A stretch of 64,000 nucleotides of DNA. Source: Podarcis tiliguerta. Lineage: Eukaryota. Shown piece after piece: positions 38,201 to 52,700 of this stretch. Below the pieces are notes generated by a model. The model was given only the letters and a program-made list of their open reading frames with translations. It ran no database searches and was not told the origin of the DNA. The stretch is taken from the NCBI GenBank assembly GCA_965153285.1, contig OZ229121.1. One strand, written 5' to 3'. The translations under genes were made by a program, and so were the position numbers. Positions within the stretch are counted from its first letter, which is position 1, and every line of letters begins with the position of its first letter.

Positions 38201-40739
38201 CAAGCATGCAACCTCAGCATTACTTACACCGTACTCTCTGAGTCTTAGCTTCCAGTGGTACCAACAAGGTGAACTGCAAAGTCTTTGCAGTTTCACAATC
38301 ATTGTCCTTAGAGTAGTAGCTATGAAAAGCAGCGGAGGAAAGGGGTGGGTAGAAACTATCTAACACTTATTCTGTTCCTCAGTCCAGAGAAAGAAATCTG
38401 CTGGGGCGTCCTGTCAGGTTAATTAAGCAAAACAACGGTTGAAACAAATGCAACACACTTAAGAGGCCTTGGAGGTGGCTGGAAGCCATCACTGACCTGC
38501 TATGGCAGGGGTCGGCAACCTGAGGCCCATGGGCCACAAGCAGCCCACGGGGGTCGTTTAACCAGCCCCCAAGCCTCCCCTGAACCAAGCCACCCGCTTG
38601 TCGAGTCCCCGCGTGCTGTGCTAAACTGGCACAGCACAGCGCAGGGACTCGCTTCTGCGGCGCTGGAAATCGTGTCTGCGCAGATGCCGGAAATCGTGCG
38701 CGCGTGATCCAGCCCATGGGGTAATCTCCGCTGGAGTGAACTGGCCCAGGCGAGGTAAACCTTGCCGACCCCTGTGCTATGGGGTTAGGAAAAGGGGAGG
38801 GAGAGACACAGGCAGGTAAAATAGATAATGGAGAGATTCCTACTCTTCCTCCCAACCCCACCCTACCAAAAAAAAATCTTGCAGACCTAAATCTGCCTAA
38901 ATCTACCTACTCAAACTCTCATACCAAACATATACAGTTCTTCTCAATGCAACACCAATCAAAAATACAGAGTCACCCCATCTCCAAACACTATGTACAA
39001 GGAAAGCTGGTCAGCCTGGGGTTTTTGAGGAAAATGAAACTGAATCCTCACAAATGTGTTAGAGCCTTCTCTGAAAAACTTTCCATGTCACCCTCTTCCA
39101 ATGTCCTAGTATCCTTTTTCTTTTTTAAAAAAAGGCTTTTGAGTTTTTCTTCTTGATTACACAATCTCTTCCCACACTTCCTTTCTTGGTCTCTTTCAAG
39201 TGGCCCTATTGATATATCCCCAGAGGCACTAGGTCAGTCTGCCACTAGGAAACCAGGCACAATGTGCAAATCTCCAATCACCATTCTGCCACATGAGCAA
39301 GCAGACCACACTGAGTGGAGAGAAGAAGGAAAAACAACAGAGCAAAAGACAGCATGATCTTTCTCGTTAGCACAGGAAGACCAAATAATGTAGAAATGCC
39401 ATAGAACAGAGATAATGTTAACAACAAGAGAACCCCAAAGCAATTTGCAAACACCTAAACTTCAAGAGGACTGCTGCATACCTCAGGAGTAAGATTCATA
39501 CATTTAGCTGGCAACCTCCAGTCTACCTATTCCACAGCAGTCCCAGGCTTTTAAAAAGGCTATTAAATAGGGAAAAAACCTCTGGGAATTGCTTCATTGG
39601 CATTTTTCATAAGTCCTATTTCACCGTAATTTGTAAATCTCATTGGCATGAGTTACATAGAAAACATTTAATTAAAATTGTAAGACGTTTTAGCTTCAAT
39701 ATTCGGCAGCCAAGCATTCAAGTTCATTTCCAGAAGCATTTTTTCAACACACTTCACTTTATTTCAGTAATAATGTAGGTAGGAACATTTCCTTAGTGGC
39801 CCTGTAAAAGCACTCATAATGTAAAACTAAGAATGAGGTAAGACCGCTGGTCAACATATTACAGTGTTCCATCTCTGACAATGCTCACACAAGAAATTTT
39901 AATGAAGTGTAACAAAGGATACTCTATTGCTTAACATTAACTCCCAATATCTGTATGTTTACAGTACCACAGTAAATATAGACAAGGATACATGTTCTAA
40001 AGTTCTAAGACCTACTGGTGCTCCCATCTTCTGGTAATGTGTGTGCTTGTTTTATTTTGACTGTATGATTAGCCATTACTAAGGTCTAATTTGGTTGCAG
40101 TATTGTTAATTATGGTTAAGCGACTGGGAGTGTGCTATGACCTGGAACACTCCCTCTTCTGCACAAATTATTCCCTTTCTTCCATGGTCTTGTTAACTAG
40201 CATTTAGTGTTATGTCTAAAATTAGTCATGGTAGTTTCAAGCACTGGTAATCAGGAATGACTAATCATCTGATGCCCAAATATACATTCAGTTTTCTATT
40301 TTATTTATTTATTTATTTATTGCTAATTCAACAAGGAAGTATGTGGAGAACCTCACTGATGCAGAAATATCATCTTTACAATGGAATGGAATAGGTCAAG
40401 AAACTGTGATAAGCCAGGTTGCCATATTAACGGATGAACATAATGTCCTGTCTACTTGAAACTAAGCTGAGCAAATGAAGCTCTCCACACAAAATTTGAG
40501 ATTGCTGCTGCTTACAGAAGAGACACATTGGAGTCATAGCTGTCAACTTTTCTTGCAAGGAATCCTATTTGGAATAAGGGAATTTCCCTTAAAAAGGGGG
40601 GAAAGTTGACAGCTATGATTGGAGTTGTCATCAAGCTTGTACTAAGATGTAGTTGTTGCCTGATACCAGTTAATTGTCTACCTGCTGCAGAATTAAAAAT
40701 GTTGAGTGTCAATCAACATATTGTTCAAGCACACTACTT

Positions 40740-40777
<38 letters not shown>

Positions 40778-43700
40778 TTTTCTGCCAAATATCAATATTC
40801 TCACAGCAGGGTAATGGGTTTTGTTTATTCAGCTCCCTGTCTTTGTCTGGGACCTACAAAAGCACATCCTTCAACGTAGAGCTGTGTTCTACATCCCCAG
40901 TTGGTGGCAGTGATGCTTCTGAATACCAGCTGCTGGAAACCACAGAAGGGGAGAATGCTCTTGTGTTTGCATCCTGTTGTGGATTTCCCACAGGCTTTTG
41001 GCTGGCCATTGTGAGTAGAAGATACTGGAAGAGATGGACTACTGGCCTGAACCAGCAAGATACAATTAAGTTCTTAGAAATTTACATCCCATGGAACCAA
41101 TGGCATCATGGAGCCCACTCCATTCCATGGAAAATATCCAATTAAAGCCCTAAACTATATAAATCCAAACTCAGTTTTCGGTTTCTCATTACAGAATTAG
41201 TTTTAGAGCCAAATTTTAGAGTTCCCTTCACACACCTGTTGTTGTCAGTACAGATTCCAAATAGCTTCCACATAAAAGCAACAGAGAGCATGGCCTCATT
41301 GCAAGTACCTGCTTCGTATGCCACACAGATGCTTGGTTTTGTGGAATCCTCAGCTCTGGTCTCCCATGCAAGACTTTTAAAAGGCAACTGACATTTAGAT
41401 GAGTGATCCAGAAGTCCTACAACATGGCGGCCAATTGTTTCTTCTACAGCTACAGTCGTCTTCACGACTTCCAACAGAATCTTCAACAGTCTGTTATTGG
41501 CTTTCTGCAAGGCACATCTGGAAACAGAAAACGGAAAGCGAACTCAATCAAAATTTGTGCATTGAGAATTACACGTTACACAACGGTAACAAAAATACTA
41601 GATGCAGGGCTTAAAGCTGCAGACAAAACTTAACGAAATCCAAATAAGCAACAAACGGTAGAAAGTTGAGCGACTGGCATATTAACTCAAACTGAACCAA
41701 ATACCACTTACTACCACATGAATAAAGTTAATGACTCAAAGCCATGGATAAGGGAACAGCAGAATGACTCCCCCAGGTAGTGTAATAAGCAAAAGGGTTT
41801 ACTAGCATACTCAATGTTTCCAACTCCCAAAGAGAACAGGATGTTGGATGAGATGAAACTTTGATCTGATCCAGGAGGGCTCTTACCAGTATTTTGATGG
41901 CTAAAAAAAAAATATTTTCTGTTGCTTGATCCTGTGTATATTAAGTTCCCCTATGTTAAATGGAGCCTACCCCAAATAATCATGCATAGAACTGATCTTT
42001 TGAGCACCAACTTATGCATGTTTAAGAGATTTTTGGGGCACTTTTGGGGACATGTTTGCTCAGAACCAAGGCCCCATCTGCACTATACATTTAAAGTAAC
42101 ATTACACCAGTTTAAAATAGTCCCAGCTTCTCCTAAAGAACCATGAGAACTGTAGTTCAAGGGTTCTGTGAGTTCCTCGGGAAGAGGGATTGACTTTTAA
42201 ACCACTTTGAGAATTGTGCAGATAAAAGCACAAGCGACATTACATGGTTCTTTTTATTGTAATCACACAGCTTGTATCTGTCATCCAGCAAAATCACTGT
42301 TACGAAAAACCAAACTGTAAATGTAGGTTAGAATAAATGTATAATAATATCATGGAGCTTAATGTATATGGACAAATCAGTTTCACATATAGAACACAGC
42401 CATAGTTGTGGCACAAGGCACTAACGATCACTACAAATTCCAGTGATAATACGGCTACTTATTTAATTCAGTAATTAAATTTTAACACCCCACCCTGAGT
42501 TTTTAATGTGTAAGCATTCAAAGTAAAAAGAGACGAGGATCCAATCCAGGCTCATTTTAGTCAAGCAATGCCTTGAGATGAAAACATCTACAGATCTGTA
42601 TTCACATTACATAGCTTGACTGCTAGCAAAGTGCTAACATATCATTGACATTGACCTATCAGCCTCAAAGTTATGCAATTTCTTCCAGCTGTTAGCATAA
42701 AGTTTCTCAGGCTGAAATATCTCAGTCTTCTTAACAGCATACCTTTCTTTGGAAAGGATATCCGGAGAAGTTTCTTCATGCTTTCCTTCGCCTTCACCTT
42801 CACCAATTTCCTCTTTGGATTCATTTTGACTTACATTTTCACCCTGGGTAAGTTTTGGCAATGGCAGAGAGGAAAAAAGATACAAAAATCCCGTCATATT
42901 GGAATCAGCACGCTTTTCTGCTTCACAGTCATGTTATGAAAACGGGAGGGGGAAAACCCCCACACCATAATCCACAAGCTTTATATAGATTTAAGTAATA
43001 GTTAACTATCCTGTTATCAGATACCTCAAGCTACAGATTGAAACAGTTTAGTCACAGCCTATAAGAATCAAGTTTGTTGTGCTAAGTAAACAGTTTCATA
43101 GTTCCTTGTTGGGCGTTACTACAGCAACATTAAAATTAGAGTTTGCTTTCAATATCATGTCAGCTGCCTATGCCCCACCTTCTTATTTAATCAAACCCCA
43201 TTTAAGTAAATCTGACACCTAATAGGAAAATGTCCTGTGTTGAAAAGAACAACAATAGCAAGGCTACTTCATTTACATTCCGCAGCTTCTAAAGACAGCC
43301 AAAGTCTACACTACCTGTGTCTGAGTACCACTGTTTTTTAGCTCACAGGGTAGCTTCTCTCTCCCTGCCAGGAGCTGCTCCTTTAGTGATTCTAGTTCCT
43401 CTAAAAGCATTTGTTCTCTTTCTGTGATGATGCTTTCACTATCCAGTGTGTCACTCTAAAAAAAGAAGAAGAGCACACCACTAACATATTAGAAATACCA
43501 CAAAAGGAATCAGATATATACTGTATCTGACAATCGTAAGGCTGGGTCCCAGATATGACACCGTTAAAAATTCTGTTCACTTTGGTCACAGGATTAAAGA
43601 GAAAACCAGTCTAAAATTAGGACACTAAGATAAACAGTTCAGTAGTGTGTGTGTGTGTGTGTGCACACACACACACACACACACACAAATATTTTTATGT

Positions 43701-46700
43701 GTATATGGGTTGGCTCTGGACTTGCATTCATGGAAGGAACGGAGACCCAGCAGACACTCTTAGCTGCAGGAGGACCACAGTGATTTTTGCCCATTATTCC
43801 TTTCCCTTGCATCCACCTTCTATGCTGTTCTTGAGGGTTCTGTAGCCCTCTGGAATAGCTTTCCAGGTGGCTGCAAGGGCAAAAGAGAAATGGGGGGGGA
43901 CCCAGCTCCCCTTCCTCTATGCAAATAAAACTCCACCGCAAGTCTGGATAGAATCCCTCTCTCTCTCTCTCTCTCTCGTCTTTCTTTCTTTCTCTCGCTC
44001 TCTCTCTGTGTGTACATACACAAAGTTTTTAACATATATTGGCAAACAAAATGTATCCATTCTGCTTAATCAATTCTGCCATAAGATTGACACAAACACC
44101 CCTTTATTTGCATTCTTTATGGGTGGTATTATTTAATCTCAGGCAAAACGTAGAACCTTTTCATTCTCATATCAAAGACATCTATATAATTTCTGTTCAT
44201 GGGTTGCCTAGAGAGAGCTAAATCATGAGCCTGGATTCGGATGACAAACTAAACCAAATCATCACTTAGGTTCAGTACAGTGCAGCAGCAGCAGAACTGA
44301 TGCTTGTAAAAGGCAAGGACCACTGTTCAATTCATGAAATATCCCCAAGGCTCTTTGGGTTTATGAGAATTGCCAATACCGCATTGGTAGTGACAAGAAA
44401 GCTACTCAATTTATCTGTATTTTTTTTTATTAAAAAAAGTAATAAAGGAAATTTCAAGCCAAACAAGTGAAAAATGTATCCTTCACACAATATGCATCTA
44501 GATTCAGGTAGGTAGCCGTGTTGGTCTGAAGCAGTCGAAATAAATTTAGAAATTTAAATTTTTTCCAGTAGCATATTCTTTAGATACCATCTGAAGAAGT
44601 GTGCATGCACACAAAAGCTTAAACCCAGAACAAATTTAGTTAGTCTCCAAAGTGCTACTGGATAATTTTTTAATTTATTTTGACAATATGCATCTGTTTG
44701 TGCATGTCATAAGTCTTATAGAAAACCATGGGCAGGGGAGGGTGGTTTTTTGGGTTTTTTTGCCCATATTTCCAGATCTTTCCTGTCTCAGGGCTCACAT
44801 TACCTCTGCTAATTGTACTTTAAGCCTATCAAGCTCTGCTAGGAGGATCTCTTGGTTTTCTTTCTGCAGCTCCATCTGCTTCATGTGACCCTGTTTCAAT
44901 ATTTCTGTAGCCTGCTGATGTTCCTGATGCTGACGGACAAGCTCTTGACGCATATCTTCCAAACGCTCTTCATACAATGATCTCTGATTTGAAGATACTA
45001 TGCTGGAGGTTGAAACTTCATTTTGAATCTGTATTTTTTGTTGGCAAGTATTAAAAATGGCATGAGTTCCATGAAGTAAAATTTTTACCTTACATAGATA
45101 CAGCTTTACATGTATACCACCAAATACACGAGCCTATTAGTGAGAAACATCAGATTTTAAAACTCAAGAAGTTTAAAGCCATGCATCACTAATAAGAACA
45201 TTTATGGTAATAAAATGTTATTTACAGTGCAGTCCTATAGATATATACTCAAAGTAGGCACCATCAAGTTCAAGAAAACCTACTCCAAAATAAGCGTAAA
45301 GGATTGCAACCTTAGTGAATTAGTCTTTTATGTCCTTTTTCACATTATTGTGTTTGAACCAGGCTTTCTCAACCTCGGCCCTCCAGATGCTCTGAGACTA
45401 CAATTCCCAGCATCCCTGACCACTGGTCCTGCTAGCTAGGGATCATGGGAGTTGTAGGCCAAAAACATCTGGAGGGCCAAAGTTGAGGAAGCCTGCTTTG
45501 AACTATACAAGCTGAATATCAACCCCCACAATTACAGGGTACCCACCCTACCCCCATTCTCAAGCATTATTGCATACTGCATAACAGAATGAGTGGTTTG
45601 CTAACCATGCACCGGGAACAAAGAAAATTCACCAAATTATGATTTTCAAAGTAATTTTTTTGAAATATATTTGACTGTATTTACCAGAGATGAATTCTGC
45701 ATAAGCTCTCTATCATTTAAGGAAGAGATTGTTGAATCAAAGTTGTGTAACCCAAATGTTTTAGCAGGCTTAACATCTGGTTGAAATTGTCCTTCAAGTG
45801 ATGAAATTTCACCACATTCTTCACTGATCTCTCTGCTAAGTGATTTGGATTCTTCATAATTAGGCATCGAAATGAGAAGAGAAGCACTATCGAATTTTTC
45901 AAGACATTCCTTTCTAGTGAAATTATTTTCTTGCTGAGTTTCTATTGGTACTACCGATAACATTTCTTCTTCCTTTAGATTTGCAATCCTTGCTAGTTCA
46001 TTTTTCTGTGCAAACTCAACGCTCATGGTTACCACCACCTTAATAAATAACAAATTGAGAGTGAGAGAAAGAGAGGAGCTACTTTAGATTTCCATATAGA
46101 TCAATGAATGATACATTCCCTCCACCAGTGACAGCGTAAAATTAAGCTTGCATTATACACATTATAACAAGTATTCAACAAAACAAATGATTTTTATTTT
46201 TAATCATTTGTAACATTTGATAAATGGCAGAAATATACATGGGTTAACAGGAATTAGCTAAAGGGATGTTGAAATAGTACAACGGGCAATATCTATATAA
46301 GGACTTGCTTATAAGGCAAAACATACTCCTCAAAGTATTCCACAATACACACAGCACTGACAGGAGTACTTCTTGACTCAGTTCAGTTTATACCAAACCA
46401 TGATTTGTGCTAACCATAGTTAAGAAGCCAAGCTACAGTCTGAATCAGGTCTGGAGAAAGTTTTCCAGACCATGAGATGCATTTCCTCACGGACAACTTG
46501 TAGGGCACAGGAAATCACATGCCAATGGTCAGCTGACACAGAGGCAAATCTGGGTGAAGTAATGGAGGTACTCTTATGTCTGGACATTTGGCTATATTTC
46601 AGCCACCCAAAAACCAGAGGTTTCTACACTCCATCACCCACTACCATCACTCCTTCCTTCATCTAGGCATCACAGATCAAGGAGACATTCAAGCTAGGCA

Positions 46701-49700
46701 AAAGGCTGTGATGAGAGTGCAGGGCCGATGAGGCGTATGGCCCTGGGAGACTCTCAAGTGTGGAACAGAAAGGCTTGAAGGGATTCATTTGACAACCCAA
46801 ACCCCAGCCTTAGGTTCCCCAACCCTGTTTTAAACTACCACATAAATGATGCTTTACACTGTTTGCCAGTCTTGTTTGCTCAGCACTCCTGTATTTACAG
46901 GCAGTTGGCTCTCTGGTTGGCCTATATACACTGTCTGTCAGTTTAGATGTAATGCCAAACTATAGTAAACCTTCCTTAACCATGTTTTGGCATGATCCTG
47001 AATTAAGCCCCAATATATTGCCCAAGAAAGATGGTACCTTTGCTACTTCTTGTAGTAATTTTTCTTGGTACTGTTCTTCCAGAAATTCAGTAACAGCAAT
47101 GTCATTAGTGAGCTATATATACATTAAAAAAACAAACAAACAGAAACAGGAGATGTATTCATTTTTAAAGATTTTTTAAAAAAACAAACAGAAAATCACT
47201 TTTGACTATTCTAAAAGGTTAACTGTACATATTATAAGCTATGCCTTCAGCGTGAAGCAAGGTGATGGCTAGGCATAGACTTTCAAAGTATACAACACTG
47301 ATTTCTACAAGTAATATAATAGCAGCTCTTTTACTGGCTAAAGCACAGGTTTTTGTAGGGGCTCAGCAGTGACTCATCCTGCATCTCATATTGTAAGTAA
47401 TAACAGCCCATACCACAAAGCCCTGTTTTTTTGCTGCAGCAGAATTAACACAGCACATTACCCTTTTGAAACACATGCTGAGTGTTCTATCTCGGAATCA
47501 AATAGAAGTTGTTAAGAGTGAGGAGAATCTCCTGACCAAGTATGGAATCACTTTACAGTGTTATCATTTGCTCAAGAGGCCCAAATCTACTTAAATAATG
47601 CTAAAGGTAGTTCGATCACTGCAAATCAGTTAATCCCAGATGAAATCTGTTTACAAGTTTTGTGTGTGGTTTATGTTGATGAGGATCTCTTATTTGTAAA
47701 CACTAAAAAGTATGCTGGAAAAAAAATCCAGAGTAATCTACAGTACCGTACCTCTTCTGGGTTTTCTGTACATTGTTGACAATTACTTTTGGTGTTCTTC
47801 CCATTCTGCTTAACTTCATTTTCCTGTGATTCCACAGAAATACTAAAAAGAAATTTTTAAAAGGTGAAGCACTAGATGACATTTCCTCTCCTAAGATGTG
47901 TCCATTGTTAAAAGAAAACACCCATCAGAGTCACAGATACAATGAAACTTTCCAAAGCAATCCAATATTAATAGATAACATAATCACCATTGTTTCTCAA
48001 AAGTGGCAAGTACAGTCGTACCTTGGTTTTCAAACAGCTGAGTTCTGGAACATTTTGGCTCCTGAACGCTGCAAACCCGGAAGTGACTGTTGCGGTTTGC
48101 AAACTATTTTCGGAAGCCGAACATCCGACGGGGCTTCTGTGGCTTCTGATTGGCTGCAGGAGCAATTTGGTTTCCAAACGTTTTGGAAGTCCACACTCTC
48201 TGCCACAGCTCTTTAGTGCTCAAGCAGCAAAGACACACGAGGGAGGGACTGGTGTTTGTTGTTGATATTCAGCCCCATCCCTTGTGCTTTTATGTTCCTG
48301 CTGTTTCTCTAGATCCTGCGGAAGCTGGAAACCAGGTGTTTTCAATTTCCCCAGGGCCAGGACTCACCCTGCAGCAGATGATCTCTCTCATGCCCTATTC
48401 ATTATCACTCTGCAGTTCTTAAAAGCTCAGAGTCTGGGTCGGAGTGATATTCAATCTTTCCCCCAGTGCTCCTGTTCTCTATGATCAACATGCAACAATG
48501 ATAATAATGGCATTGTACTTGTTCTGGTTATCAGCTGTTTTGTGGAGCAGAGAAACCATGATTATCTCCCTCATGTTCTTGTTCCTTCTTGATTCTCTGG
48601 CTAAGCAATACCACTGCTGAGGATTTGAAAACAAGTGGAGTCAGATAAACCCAGACTTTCAATATCATATCATCATCATCATCATCATTATTATTTTAAA
48701 TTTCTTACCCATCCTTTACCGTGAGGTCTCACAGGGCAGGTTACAACAATTTGTGTTCAATTTGCATTGCACAACACTGAATTTGATGGACTAATGTTCT
48801 GCCTTGGTGTTCAACAGTGTTCTTTGTCCCTGTAGTTTCCCTGAATAGGATGTTCCTGGACCCCTGGGAATTCTATTCCTAATCTACTAGAAACTGATTT
48901 TAATATCATAGTTCTAAATTGTAACCTGGCCTGTAGGACCTCATGATGAAGGATGGGTAAGAAATTTAAATTAATAACGATAATAATATGATATTGAGTG
49001 CATCTTAGACTGGAAAGATTTACTTTTCAGGGTTTGGGTTTATCTGATTCCAGTTGTTTCCAAGTCCTCAGCAGTGGTATTGAAGGGTAGCAGAGTTTCA
49101 GACAGGAGATGCCAGGGATTGAACTGGGACTTTCTGCCTGCAAAGCTTTTGTTCTACAAACCACGTCATGGCACACCCCCCTTCACAAATCATTCAGAAA
49201 CCATGGTCTGAAGTGGTGGAGGCAACCTGCACCGTCATTCTCCCAACAGCAGTCTCTGTTCACTGATCCTATACAGGTGAAGAAACCATCACAATTTCTT
49301 TTGCTTATAAGACAATATGGTTGCAAATGGGGAAATCCTTGAGGAGAAAGCAAAACGCCCCCGTCATATACCAAAATGGTGGTGGGGAGCAAACTCATTT
49401 TTAGCTATGGAACAAAATTGCTTGTGTGATCTCTGTTGTAGCTTTTGTTGTTGAAAAAAGAGGAAAGCCAAAATCATAGGTACCTGAAGCAATCGGAAGC
49501 CACACTGGCATCTTGGAGTCTGCTTTGTAAGTGGACTATCTCTGCAGTATATCTTTCCTCAGTTTCTTTCAACTGCTGATGGAAATATGATCTGAGGCGC
49601 GTCACTTCCTGAGCATGTTGTTCTTCAAGTCGAGTTTTAAAGTTATCCAAGTCTTCCCAACAGGGTGACCTCACTTTAAGATCTATGTATGAACAAATCA

Positions 49701-52700
49701 AACAATAATTCTAAACATACTGTATGCATAAACTGGGGTGGGGAAGCAATGATACCAGAGCAACATTTCCTTTTACAACAAATACAATTTGTTTGGGGCA
49801 GTACTAGCAATCACTCCAAAGGGTTTAGGAATTCACGTGAGCTTCTCAGTAGCATCCGACTTTCAGGGTTCTCAGCCCGAGAATGACAACTGAGTGGGGC
49901 CCTCATCAAGATGGGCCAGCACTACCAGCGGTGTCAGGGCATGTTCTAAAGGTAGAAAGATACTGAATCAAGCCCAGATTCAGGTGCAGAGGTACCTTCA
50001 GAAGAGAGTGGCCCCTGGTCTTCAGCTGTGGGGAGAGCTTTCTTTTCTCCCCATTCTTGCTCCTCAACTAGCATACATGCAGTACCCAGATCAAAACGGT
50101 ACCTCCATATTTCACATGAGTTGTCAGCGTTATTTTTTCATTCCACACCCTCAAAGCACTAGGCAAGTTTATTCACTCTAGAATTTCTTCAATGCTCCCC
50201 CCACCCCATGTACATTTTGAGACTTGCCCAATATGGGAAGGGTCTGTGGCTTTGTAACCGATTTAAATGGATTTGTCTGCTTATATTACACAGATCTTCT
50301 AATTTGACTTTAAATGTATATCTTTACCAGCAAGATCCTGTGACGGAGTAGGTAAACATTCTACACTCTGTTGAAGACAGTCGCTTTCTTTTCCATTGTA
50401 TTCTGCAAATGATGCCTCTTGCTCTTCAAGCTGGAGAAAATTAAATAGAACCAAATGGGAGACATGGAACATTAACTTTCTTTCTAAAATTGCTGCTAAC
50501 ATTTTACTTTTTGTATATCCTGCTGAATTCTGCATAAATGTGGACAGTTTCGAAGTTGTGATAAAACTATATTGCCACTGAAATGTATATATATCTAACT
50601 CATAGCTCTTTGGTTGTGCTTAAGTTATTATGTCAACAGTCTTCGGTGCCTTCATTTCTGTGCATGTATACTCAGAAGCAAGCCCCACTGAATTTCCAAA
50701 AATTCATATATTCTATCCTTAAATAACATAAGAGAAGATGCATCTAGCTCAGCAGCCTGTTGTCAGTTGTCAACCAGATTCCTGTGAGAATCCCGCAAGC
50801 AGCACCTGTGTGCAACAGCACATTTCCCCAGGTGGTTCACAGCACCTGGTATACAGAGGCATACTGCCTCCCATAAACGGAAATATAATGTAGCATTCAT
50901 CAGCATTAGCCATTAATTGCCTTGTTTCATTCTCCTTAAAGCCATCCAAGCTGGTGACCATCACCACTGGAAGCAAGTGCCATGGTTTAACTATGCACTA
51001 TGGGAATAAGTACTTCCCTTACCATCAGTGATATTTACAATGCAGTGTTATGCATGTGTAACTCAGAAAAGCGGCTCGCTCCTTAATTCTGTCTAGGATA
51101 CAAGCAAAAAACAACCTACCTTTTTTCTGTCTTTCACAAACTTTGAATGATAGTCCAGTAATCTGTGATACTCTTCCGTTATCTTGCTCAGAAGAATTTG
51201 CAGGGTTCCTTGCAAAGCTAAAGGCAGAGAATGAATTAAACACAATTATTGTGTTGCTCTTGTGTATTCATTTCTTTTCTTTCTACAAACATTACATTAA
51301 ACAGCATTCTACTGCTATGTTCTTGGAAAATGCAGTATATCCTTTTTACCTTGCCACAGATGACGATTTTTCTCCTCTTTAATCAGCCAAATGTGGCATA
51401 TTTTCTACAAGCAACTTATTGCAAAGGGGAAATAATCCTGGCACACCATAGCCATTAAATTGTTTCCTAAATATCATTTTTTGTTTTTACTGTCCCTGTT
51501 AGGTTTTAAAGTATTATGGAACAAAATCTTGGACTTGGTTTCAGTTACTTGCTAAATGTTAAAGAGACATTAAAAAAATATTCCCATGACCGTGCTGTTG
51601 GTCCTGCAGCTCAGACTTCTGTCCCTCCAATTCTAATATCCGCTCTTTTCCAGTGAGCTTGGTTCAGTTTCACCTCTCTTTTTTATTCTCTCAAGCAGCT
51701 CTGATGATTCACCCCAAGTATTTTACCATGGAGTCAAGCTGCTTACTTTTCCCATTGGACCATAACAATTTTTAAATTGCTGTAGAATTCTCATGGTCAC
51801 GGAACCCTTTCCTAAGTCCACTGTGTTGAGTCTCCCTTTAGACTTCTCAAGCCTCTTTCTAGCCCCTTTGCCCACAGCTATGGCTTCCAAGGCTTCCTGA
51901 ATCCAATCTAGAAAGCTAACATTCTGCCAGAATATCACTGCTCCAATTGCTCCTGTGCCATCCACTGCCATGCTGAACTCTGGTAAAAAGATTTCTCTAG
52001 CTTTCCCAGCCTTGCTATGTTCCAGCCAGTGCTAGCTTCAGCTCCAAGTTGCTCCTCATATAAAAGCAGCATTTCTATGTTTACAACTGCTACCAAGGAA
52101 ATAAAAGACAGGACTATAAAATTAAGATTTGTGTTTTTTGTTACCTTGGGCTTCTGCTCTTGATATTAACACTGAATTCGATTGTTCTCTCTCCCCAGCA
52201 CCAGATTCAACAGCAGGTGAAACATTTTCAAGTTGAACGCTGCAAAGGGACTATAAACAAAGGAAGAAAGTTAAACATATTCCTATTGCATCTGACTGTA
52301 TCAAGCAAACAGGACGAGGTCAATAAAACCATTCTAACATCTTGATTCTCCCTCCTAAAATGGGCATGAAGAGAATTTAGCAAGAGGTAGATCCACAATT
52401 CAACAATCCTAAGAGATTCGCCCATATCGTTCTCATGTGAGATGTAGGGATCCACAAGTGCACACAATAAAGGAACTTTTGGTTTAATTTTAATAGATGA
52501 AAAAACACAGGATTTGCAAGTATCCTGTGGTAAAATGCTTCTCACCTGAGTGAGCTTAGAACATTCTTCAGCTACTGTTTTGCTAAGCCTTTCTAGATGC
52601 ACCCATGGAGACTGGCCTTCTTCATCTGTGAAGATAAACCATCACTGAAAATTATTTATTTTAGAATGCTTTCCAACATTTTGAGAAAGGGGGACAATAA

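Noticed and set aside
38379-39156. 160-aa and 125-aa ORFs, CpG-island-like patch
   Set aside because: Explained by the GC-rich hAT MITE at 38506-38774.
40606-41145. 179-aa (+) and 77-aa (-) ORFs
   Set aside because: They run through a (CA)n microsatellite and a dispersed repeat; the phase-1 acceptor gives an immediate stop.
51590-52090. Strong-looking acceptor (ttccttggtagcag) followed by coiled-coil-like snippets (EMLLLYEEQL, ERILELEGQKSELQDQQ) and ORF 51723..51971
   Set aside because: Stops in all frames, the implied intron would be only about 55 nt, and exons 52145 and 51217 already join in frame. Probably a decayed element or pseudo-exon.
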